DNA of 64,000 bases from Antedon mediterranea (Eukaryota; Animalia; Echinodermata), in the NCBI RefSeq assembly GCF_964355755.1, contig NC_092670.1, positions 40,846,388-40,910,387 on the forward strand, given 5' to 3'. How positions within the stretch are numbered: position 1 is the first letter of the stretch; every line of letters begins with the position of its first letter. Shown piece by piece: positions 31,501 to 43,500 of the stretch. The notes under the pieces are model-generated. The model was not told the origin of the DNA. It made no database searches and saw only the letters and a program-made list of their open reading frames with translations. Position numbers and translations under genes: made by a program.

Positions 31501-34500
31501 ATGAAACATTCCTGAACTTCTATGATGAATATTAAATGAGTCAGTTTACAAGAGTATAAGAGAGTAAAGTATATTTGTGAAACTGTAATAATTTTTAAAT
31601 ACTTTATTTCACTTATTGCTTCATTAGCCGAAACAGCTAATAAAGGTTAGTCAAGCGGACGTAATTGGTAATTTCCTTGTTTACTATGGATATGAAACGA
31701 GAAACAAATAAAATCTTTTTTTATAATTTATTTCTGAACTAATTCTATAGTAATGTGAATTTTGATTGACAAAAACAAATCAATCAAGAAAAAAAATATT
31801 ATTTTTAATAGTGCATGAATTATAATCTCAAAAGTTGTTACTAAGTGAATGTTTTTAAAAGTACTTTTAATCTATTCAATTATGGTTTTTGGAAACATGT
31901 TTTATACAGTTTCTAAGGTAAAAGTTTTTTTTTTAAGGTTTTTTTTTTAAATTTTATTTTGAATCAACTGACAGAGATGAAAACCTCCACTAAAGTTTAC
32001 AGTTTGTAGATGTCAGAAAACAGAGGTCAGGTCAAAGGTCAAAGTTGATTTGAGGTGCAGCAACATCGACCTTTACATACATTACATTTTAAATACAAAT
32101 AACTAAAGGATAACATTTTTTTATTTATAAAAATGTAATAGAAGAACTAAAGTTTAGAAATCAAATATATTCAGTATGATTGGAGCGTGCATTCTATAAA
32201 TAGATTGTAAACAATTATAATTACAGACAAAAAAATTGGTACAAGTTCTCGGACAAACTCAGCAAGTTCCTCCAGAACATCTAGTGTTGAGGATCTTCTA
32301 GCACAAGGTTTAAGATTGCCATACATTCAATATCACTCCGTACACGGTAGTCCTTAAGAGAGTGCACTCAATGTCACTCAGTACACAGTAGTCCTAAAGA
32401 CAGTGCACAAATTATGTCTTATCAAAATATTTTGGAGCATGACCTGTCATACTTTTTGAGAGCAAGCCCGAATCTACCTGATAATAGAACAAATTCATTA
32501 TTATTAGTTGCAGAAAATTTTATTTTTAGTGATAACTATGCACAAATTTGTTTTAATAAACTGGAATTTAATCATCAACATTTAGTACATCCAAATGGTT
32601 TAGTTAGTAAAGAACCAAAAAAAAATCACAAATTGTAGTTAGAGGAATACCATAGTTAGAATAGATAATTAAACAACAAACTGAAATTCCTTTTACCAAC
32701 TTATATAAAAACCTTTTATATATATAATTACAGCAATTTTTGGCGGCGCAGGTTCCCGAAAGTCTACCCCATGTTCCTCTAGAAGGTCTAGTATGGATTT
32801 ACTCGAAGAAGGTTAAAATTACTTACAATATTACTTACAATATTATGCACAAAATCTCACAAATATATTAGATATACTTTTAGACCTTTTTGTGTATTCC
32901 ATCAAACAGTTGTTTAGAATCAATTTCTTCACAATTAAACGATCACAAAAAATCACATCAATATTGGTTGCACAGTTGTTTTTAGAACTCATTTGTACAT
33001 AGTGCAGCCAAACTGGTTAGAACTGAATGTATGGTAGTTTTAGATACTTGTTGTCCTCCGTTCGTGTCTGTCATTTGCACATCATAATGTGATGTTTGGC
33101 AACTGTTGAGTTTCTCCTATAACCATTCTTTGTTTTAGAAATTTAGTTCTATAGAAAAATTATAAACAAAACACACAACAAAATGTAAATGATTAAAGCA
33201 ATACATCGACAAGTTAAGTTAACAAATTTTTTTTCAATTACTTAGTAGATGTCCTTGCCAGTGAAATTGCTGCTCTTCCCAGGTGCCTAACATCGCAGTA
33301 AAAAATTCCCAGGGGCCATATGTCTAACATCACAGTAAAAAATTCCCAGGGGCCATATGTCTAACATCACAGTACAAAATTCCCAGGGGCCGACATCACA
33401 GCAAAAAATTCCCAGGGGCCATATGTCCAACATCACAGTACAGAATTCCCAGGGGCCATATGTCCAACATCACATTACAAAATGTCCAGGGGCCATATAT
33501 CCAACATCACAGTACAGAATTCTCAGGGCCATAAGTCCAACATGAAGCTACACAATTCCCAGGGGCCATATGTCCAACATCACAGTACAGAATTCCAATG
33601 GGCCATATGTCCAACATTACATTACAAAATTCCCAGGGGCCATATGTCCAACATCACAGTACAAAATTCCCAGGGCCATATGTCCAACATTACATTACAA
33701 AATTCCCAGGGGCCATATGTCCAACATCACAGTACAGAATTCCCAGGGCCATAAGTCCAACATCACAGTAAAAAATTCCCAGGGGCCATATGTCCAACAT
33801 CTCATTACAAAATTACCAGGGGCCATATGTCCAACATCACATTACAAAATTCCCAGGGGCCAACATCACAGTACAAAATTCCCAGGGCTATTTATCCATC
33901 ATTTAAATGAAATAAATAAAACCAATTGAACATTCATTCACCTAAATATAATGGATAAAATATTCTGAAATATTGATTACAGTGTAGTACTTGGTTGGTT
34001 GGTACTTAAGGTTTATAATTCCAAGAAGAGCGCGAGTTCTTCCCTGATTATTCACATGTTATGCTTTAGTATATTGCACAGTGTTTTGTGTGTTAACAAA
34101 CAATTTCTATGGTCTTCTCCAACTTTTCTTTTTCTTACATTCATTTAATTTGTTTATTTACCTTCTTATTCTCCAAAGCATCACCTCAATTACTTGGTAA
34201 AGTTATTGATTATTTTCCCCATTTTTCCTTTTTTAAATTTTAAAAGTTGAACCACTAATCTCAGTCAGCCCTTTGTTCGGTTGTTTTAATGTTTTTGTTT
34301 GTATAATGTTCGACATTTTGGTTGTATTTAAAGCACTTTTTATTACTAATGAGAAAACGTTTATTTAGTACCAATACCTTGCCTGTACAAATTAACAGGA
34401 ATTAATTTTAGCACCTAGAATATTGTATTCGTTTATTACTATAAACTTAAGTTAAGGTAAGTTTTTCTAAAAGACATCTTGGCAAGAAAAGTAGAACCCT

Positions 34501-37500
34501 TTATATTTGCTTGTAGATTTAGACACAATTAATTAAATTTCAAATACTAGAAAACCTCTTTTCTACCCCAAATGTAATTTAAATAGTTATAGTTCCTGAT
34601 TATACCATATCCGCACAGTTTTGAGTAAAGTTTTTCCTAATTTATAACAACCCCTATCTTAATAGTAGAACAGCCCAAATAAAAAACTGTCGTTTAAATT
34701 ATTGTAAATGTTGATATTAGTATGAATAGATGGATTGTACCTTGTTTTAACTCTGGTTCTCTATCCCATTAACATAAATAACTAGATTATATATTTGAAA
34801 ATGAATATAAAAACTTACTTTACTGTAGTACTGTATATCCTACTGCAGTATTTGTAATGTAGAGTTAGTAAATATATGATTCTCCTAATAACTGCACCCT
34901 TTTAATGAAGTACCATTTAGATATAAGGGGTTGGGCAGATTCAATGGGAAGGCTCTGGCTTTCACAAATTGCAAAAGAAAGGACATCAAATTAAGTTTAG
35001 CACTTCATTTTACTACTTATAAGCCCTATTTCAAAATCCTGGATGTTATTATCTCTATATAAATGTACTAATTTAATGCAATCATTGGCTTTCACAGATC
35101 GAAGCAGTGGCGGTGAGCTTGACTTTAGATCAATGCTTAAACATCGTGAAGTTGAGAGACGAGAGTCAAAGATCGATGTACCTGACTGGGGTGAACTTAA
35201 ACACGTTGAAGGAGAGGAGAAAAGGGTTAGTTTATTCTAAATTAGTTTTCAAAAGTGGTATTCTGATTTGTTACAGTAATTCTCCTAGAGTTCAATTCAT
35301 CAAGAAGTCAGTTTGTTGTGAATTACTATACAACTGTATGTGGACATTGATTGAACTTGGCCTTAACTAGAAAGTAGAAGTATATATATTTTATTTTAAG
35401 TCGTTTATTAGTCGATTACCAATAGTAGATTAATCACTGTCCTATCAGATAGGTGGTCATCCCCCTGACACAGGGACTATTTTGTGAACCAGTTCACCGG
35501 GGTAACCCATACTCGTCGCAAATGATGAACTGTGTTCTTTAAAGTGCACACACTTTTAAACTATGTACAGTTGCATATAAATGTAAAATGACTACATCAT
35601 TTTATCTAAACTGATGTTATATCATTTTTGTTTACAATTTTGCCTATTACATTGTATCATATAAATTTATTAGTCTGCTGAAATCACTCGGCCACTTAAA
35701 GCTAAAAAAGTGAATGAGCGCGATGGACGAGCTCGATTAGACTGTGGCGTCAAGTTCACCGGTGTCAAACCGCAATGGTACAAAAATGGTGACCCTATCA
35801 ACCCTGGGCGCAAGTACAAAATGTTTGCTCGTGGAGCTGAGGTGGAGCTTGAGATCCAGGACTTGAACATAAAAGATAGCGGCGAGTATGAAGTTGCATT
35901 CGAAGAGTTAGCTCACACATCTTGTGAACTGACTGTTGAACGTGAGTAACATAATGTTTTGTTTGTCTGGCCACACTTCAAATCAATAGTTTTGAGATTT
36001 TTAGCCCACATTTACCATAAGAGGTAAGCTAAATTAGAATACCATTGAAATGAGAATTTATTGTCGTATATATGGTAAAACCCATATACTGTAAGGCCAG
36101 CCCCTTATATGGCCAGCCCCATGTATGACCAATCTCATCCATATTGGTAGATATTGGAGCAATTATTATTGTTCGTTACCTAGCTTTATTTTATCTATTC
36201 CTAGCACCATACCCTATTTACAAAGTTATAAATAACAAAGGCCCTCACTAGAACCGTAAGCTTTTCTCATCAGATGTCATTACTGTACTCATTCATCTAG
36301 GCAATTTCAAGACCCCTATGTCATTTCTGTACTCATTCATCAAGGCAATTTCAAGACCCCTATGTCATTACTGTACTCATTCATCTAGGCAATTTCTAAG
36401 CACTGCTTACAAAGTATGGAATGAAATGTAATGTGTTACATTAAATGCTGCACATATTGCTTTAGATTATTACATTAAATGCCTCGCATAGTAAAATTCG
36501 CATTCACTTTGTATCTAAAATTACATTTGTATCACCTTTTTCCATATGTTTTATACAGTAATAGAATTTACTTCCAATACACTACTATTTCTATATACTT
36601 CTGTATGTTTGTGAATATTCTATAGCTTATCAGGAAATGCCTGAACACATAATTTTCTACCATATATTAATTTTAAGGAGTGGAGAAAAAACAACCTTAA
36701 ACATTTTATGTTTTTTCTCCATTTTATCCATCTATTTTTTGTTTAAAAATTAAATAATTGTCGTTGCTTCATTCTTGCATATTGCTTGGCTGTTTGCTTT
36801 GCTTTGTGTTTCTTCATCTCCCGTTGTTGCTTCTGCTCTTCTTTCGCTACCATGGTAACTTGACAGAGCATCACTGTTTGGCTACAATGAGCAATAAGGA
36901 ATTTGCTAAGCTGGTTTCCACTGGAGAGTTACCTAAAGATGGTAGGCACGATACTTGCTTTGTTTGTATATTCTATTTTCCTGTACTATGTGTCATGGTT
37001 GAGGACCATGTCAACATTATTCTACTGCAGTTACTGAAGTAACTACATATTCTTTAACCTGCTTATACAATTATTACAAAATGTACTTACTGCAGTAACT
37101 GCAGTAGAATGGTTTGTCATATTAGATGATTAGATCGCTTTGAAATAAATTGTTTCATTTGTATACATTTTGGACATTTTTTAGAAATTTAGTACAAAAA
37201 TGAATAATAACATGACACATAGAACAGCAAAATGATGATGCTACTTCATTTTATAAATCATAAAAGAAAATATTCATAATAACAATTGCAGTTTGTATCA
37301 TCATAAGCTAACATTTAAAAAAAATGTCAACAAGTTAATTGATATGAAAAACGAAATTATTAGATATTGCGGCATATTATTGTCAATAAGTAATTCACAT
37401 ATGAACAACGATAGTAAGTCGCTGTTTTTTATGACTAGCATATTTATAGAATTTGATAAAAAAGTGGCAAAATCAGCTAATACTTTCTGAAATATACAGT

Positions 37501-40500
37501 TTACTTTCACAAAAATTGAAACTCTTCCAAAGTCCAATTTTTTTTTTCAAAATGTCTCAAATGTATTCTCTCTGGGAAACTAAACATTTTTTACAAGGGA
37601 AGTTACTAGTCTTAAGCTCTGCCGACACTATTAAACTTTATGTGGCAAAAAAATGTGATGTACCGGTATATATGGACATGATGATGTCATGTACTACAAC
37701 ATGACATTTGTTATTTTACAAACATTTTGCTGATTTTGTTTCTTCTTGTTATCACTCTATTTAAGTATGCTGATGTATATTCAGATTATTTTATTAGTTG
37801 TCATTTCATCTTGCTTTATCATTTGCATGTAAATTAAGCTAATGTATAAATATTATATAAATGTGTATATTAATTTATGTTCATATACTTTCTAAAGATT
37901 AATATTCCGTGATAACCATTCACATATGTTGCTTACTATCACTGTATATGTTTCAGTTAAGTAGATTATTCATAATTATTTAAATAAAAATGTTTACATA
38001 AAAATACATAAAACCTAGTTACTAACAACATAGTATAAATAAATGTTACATTGTGTGTGCTTTATGTTTAAAATTGAAAGCTGGCAAGTAAAGTTTTTGA
38101 ATAAAATAAATGAATATTCAAATATAATATTAATATGCAAATTATTATTATGAATATGTAAACATCAATATATGAATATTCAAATTAATAACATAAATAT
38201 TTGAATATTCAAAAATAATTACATAAATATATCAATATTCAAATATAAACATCAAATTCTAAACCACCCGGTGATTGTTTGTTACACAATTATATGAATA
38301 TTCAAATATCATATTATATTCAAATGTAATAATATATGAATAGTCAAATAAGATAACATAAATATATGAATATTCAAATATGATAACATAAATATATGAA
38401 TATTCAAATATAATAATATATGCATATTCAAATATAATAACATAAATATATGAATATTTAAATGTAATAATATATGAATTTTCATCAAATTTGTGAATGT
38501 ACAGAATGTTTAACTGTTTGATTCCACTGACAGCTAAGAAACCCAGAGCAGATTTTATAAGCCTTCTAAAGAACCAAGAGGTAAAAGAGAATGCAGATGC
38601 TAAGTTCTCAGTTGAAGTAAGCGCAGACAGGATTGAATCAAGTTGGTACGTCAACGGTAAAAAGGTGACATTCCGTGACGCAAAGAAATATGAAACAAAG
38701 AAACTTGGACGTAAACACACACTGATTATCAAGAAAGTTGCCATTGAAGATCAGGGTGATGTCAAAGTTGAACTTGAAGGTCGAGACAGCACAGCAACGT
38801 TGACTGTTAAAGGTACAGTCAATTCTATCAAATATATATTTATATTTTACATTTACATTATATAAGTAAAGTACTAATTAATATTGAAAATTGAAGCATA
38901 TTGATTTTCAGAACTACATAAGTGGTGTACTGCAAACTTGATATCAATTGGTATTCATTGTATTTCCATTTTGCCATTTTCAAATATATATTTGTATTTT
39001 TACAGATATATATATACAGGTATATAACTAAAGTACTAAGTACTTGACTGCTTATACATTACAACATTAAATCCTTCAGTTGATCATCCAATACTTTTTT
39101 ATTCTCTAAAGCTCAACCAAAGTTTACCAAACCATTGAAAGATAAGACAGCTATAGAAAAACGCTCAACATCGTTAGAGTGTGAAGTTTCAGACTACACG
39201 TCCAAGGTGAAATGGACAAGGAACGGTAAACCATTAACTGAAACTGATAACATTAAAATGGTTATGGATGGCCTTAAGCGTGTGCTTATTATTGACAAGT
39301 TGAGTAAAGAGGATGCTGGGGAATACATGGCAGAATTTGAAGGTTTAAAGTCAGTTGCTAAGTTGACTGTTAGTGGTAAGTTTATCGCAAGTTTAATCCA
39401 TTTTTATGGTGCCATTCTACGATCATTGCTAATGGCATCTGTTCATAAAGATCAAAGGCAAGGTGTTTATTGCAAACCAAGACTATTGTACAATTATGGC
39501 CAATGGTAGCTTGACAAGGAATGGATAGTGTGTATTGCAAACCAAGACTATTGTACAATTATGGCCAATGGTAGCTTGACAAGGAATGGATAGTGTGTAT
39601 TGCAAACCAAGACTATTGGACAATTATGGCCAATGGTAGCTTGACAAGGAATGGATAGTGTGTATCTTGGTTTAATTAGTTAATTTTTGAAGGTACATTA
39701 TTATTTTTATTCAGATTCACCCAAGTTTGCTGCGCCTATGAAGCAAGTAGAAGGGTTTGCTGGGAAGGACGCCGTCTTTGAAGCCGAGGTAACCGACAAA
39801 GACGTCGACGTGTTGTGGGCTAAAGATGGTAAAGCAATACAACCTAGTGATAAGTATGAGATGATTCAGGAAGGAAAGATGCGTAAGTTGATTGTACATG
39901 ATTTGAAAGCTGATGATGAGGGAGAATATCTATGTGGAATGGATGAAGACACTCTTACTACTGCCCCGCTAACTGTCAATGGTATGTATTCAGTATATAA
40001 TAACAAACTACTCTACTACTCTTTATGCTGCATGCATAAGGGTCATCCATTAGACTAGAACATGGAAATACATTGAAAATGTAAAATATTTAAAATAAAG
40101 CAACACATTAAATATTACAATCGTGAAACAGCTGAAATGTTTGACAGCTTATCAATTTTTTCCCCTTTTCTTTTACTTTATTCAATAATATTTTATTTAA
40201 AAATAATATTGTTCTCGTTCCTCAAAAGCAGCCAGAACTTAGAATCTCTCATGTACATCATACCCTCATCATAACATAACTTGAATTGTTTAAATGTTGT
40301 TAAAGAACATTTTTGGTCAATCCTCTGATCCAGGTAGACAGAGCCAACATTAAAAATTATTGGTATTTAAACTTATTATAAACCTGCTTTAATTCCGTAT
40401 TTTCTCTACATCTAAGAACCTCCAAGAGCTGTAGTTCCTAATGAACTTAAAAATATTGAAGTAGTTGCTGGCAAGCCTATCTCTCTGGATATTGACATCT

Positions 40501-43500
40501 ATGGGTCACCTCCTCCTAAGGTCCAGTGGCTTAAAGATGGTAAACCGATTGTAGAGAATGACCGTGTCAAAGTTGAATGGGCACCAGAGTATGCTTCGCT
40601 TTTGATTGAGAATTCTGAACGTGGAGATACAGGAACTTTGACCTTAGTTCTCAATAATGCGCATGGAACGGAAAAGATTGATTTTAAGGCTACAGTTATT
40701 GGTAAAAGAATTACTTAATTGCCATCAAGTAGAATACAGTCAACTCTCCCAATTCTGGACTCTCTGAAAACCAAATATTCTCCCAAAACCAGATTTTTTT
40801 TTAAACCCAAAATGTTCAAAACCTTTTTATCATTAAAAACACTATTAGAATTTCTGAAAATCAGGCATATTAGGCCAGCTCAAGTGTGTCCAGTATTTTA
40901 GGCCAGCCCAAGTGTGTCAAGTATTTTAGGCCAGCCCAAGTGTGTCCAGTATTTTAGGCCAGCCCAAGTGTCCAGTATTTTAGGCCAGCCCCAAGTGTGT
41001 CCGGTATTTGGGGAGTTGACAGTAATAATTAAAAATAATAGAAAGTGTATTATGGTTATCACTCTAGCAAGTTTAGGTATGAAAACAAAATATACAGAAT
41101 GAAAACTTTTTTTATGATGAACATGATTATTATGATTTTCATTTAGTTTTAGGTAACACCAGACAATGCTACTATGATACACCAGACAATGCTACTATGA
41201 TACACCAGACAATGCTACTATGATACACCAGACAATGCTACTATGATACACCAGACAATGCTACTATGATACACCAGACAATGCTACTATGATACACCAG
41301 ACAATGCTACTATGATACACCAGACAATGCTACTATGATACACCAGACAATGCTACTATGATACACCAGACAATGCTACTATGATACACCAGACAATGCT
41401 ACTATGATACACCAGACAATGCTACTATGATACACCAGACAATGCTACTATGATACACCAGACAATGCTACTATGATACACAACAAATCAAAATATTATT
41501 TCCATTGCATATAAAACGTTGAATTTACTAAATTGTTTTTTCTTTAAACACAGATAAGCCAGCAACACCAGAAAACGTTGTAATAGCCTCATACGATGAA
41601 AAGTCAGTGACTGTTGGTTGGGCCGCCCCACTAGATGACGGCGGTACTGAAATCGAAAACTATGTTGTAGAGTACAAAGAAGTGTATGCCACTGAATGGC
41701 TTATGGCCTCCGATAAAGAGACAGGCACACAATTGAAGATTCCGGATTTGATTGAGAAGAAGGAGTACAAATTCCGAGTGTCGGCTGTCAACAAAGTTGG
41801 CAAGAGCAAACCACAAGAAGCTAACAAGTCACAGGTTGTCAAAGAACCATTTGGTAAGCTTGTTTAAAGATTTAACTTTTATTTTAAGTTTAAAATACAT
41901 TTTGTGAGATGTAACAATGATAACTTTATTTGGCAGTTTAAACACTTTTGCAACAGTTATACAAACTGGTAACAGCCCATCATGACACTTTGAGCTCTGT
42001 CTACACTAACAAACTTTATGTGACAAAAAGAGGTGATTTGCCCATATATACCCATGATCATATTTTTTGTCAAACAAGTTTGATAGTGTAGATAGATCTT
42101 TAGTTATGCACTGGTTATTCATATGTTCTATTGATTGAGATCCTACTATACTGGGCCTAGCCTTCAAAATCACATAATCATCCCCATGTTTCTCAGTGCC
42201 TTTAAATCAGGCTATTTTTTTTTGCAGACCCACCAGATCCACCAAAACCACCTGTTGTTACTGAGTGTCACGATGGTAAAATTGGTCTCAAATGGGATCC
42301 TCCTAAATTTGACGGAGGATGTCCAATTCAGGGATACGTGTTAGAGAAGAAAGAACCTGGTTCTAAGCGCTGGACTAAAGTTAATAAAGATCCCATCAAA
42401 GAGACTGAGTTCATGGTTGACAATCTACCAGAGGATGGGGAGATTCAGTTCCGTGTTGCTGCAGTGAACAAAGCTGGGCCGAGTGAACCCAGTGAAGCAT
42501 CAAAACCTGCTGTTGCCAAGGAACCTATTGGTATGTACAGTTTAACACAGACATACATGCATACATGGTCTTTGAATCTACCAATATATATAAATCAACT
42601 CTCACAATTCTTTAATTTTGATTTAAAAAGAGAAACTTGTCTTGCTAGAAAGTGAAAAAGCCACCCACTTCTTTTTATCTATAACATTTACAAATTAAAC
42701 AATATTACCTATATTAGGGAAAAGTTTCATCAGGATTTGTAATTTGTGCTTTATAGAATAATGAATAAAAAAGATAAAAATTAGATGTATTATCTACCTT
42801 TTTTTCATCAGAGCCAACATCCGCTCCAACTGAACTTAAAATTGGAGATGTTACCAAGAATTCAATGGAACTTAGCTGGACTAAGCCAGCAGAAGATGGT
42901 GGTAGTCCTATCAAGGGTTACCATGTAGAGAAGAAGAATCCAAAGACTGGTGAATGGGAGAGAGTTAACAAATACCCTATCAAAGACACCCACTTGACCG
43001 TCCCTGACCTGGTAGAAGGTGAAGAGTATGAGCTAAGAGTGATTGCTGAGAACGAGGCTGGTATGAGTGAGCCCAGTGAAGCATCACAACCTACAGTCGC
43101 TAAAGACCCAGAAAGTATGTACACTTCTCTATTAGTTGTAATTGAAATAACTAGATGGTACGCTCGCTTCGCTCGCGTACCATCTAGGTCGTGCCCACAG
43201 ATGGTTCTCGAATACACAGTAATTTCAGCGTAACAAAACTGCCGATTTCAAATGTACGTACCGCAGGACTATATACATTATCGTTTACAGAAACGAATAA
43301 ATAGACACGATGATTTACGTAGTCAACTAAAATTAGCACCCTGGGAATTACTTCCGAAGGAGAAACTTATCACAAAATGAGTCCAAGTTTTTGATTTGGA
43401 CTCATTTAAAGAAACCCAATTTGTGTTTTGTATGTAACATTAGGGTTCAGGGATGGGAAAGCGGATAGGTACAAAGAGGAACAATTTTTAAATATATTCT

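Noticed and set aside
33246-33282. Possible extra linker exon DVLASEIAALP after TAGTAG
   Set aside because: Best donor gives phase 2, incompatible with neighbours, and overlaps the minisatellite start.
33357-33929. Overlapping repetitive ORFs (MSNITVQNSQG...)
   Set aside because: Artefacts of the 37-bp minisatellite.
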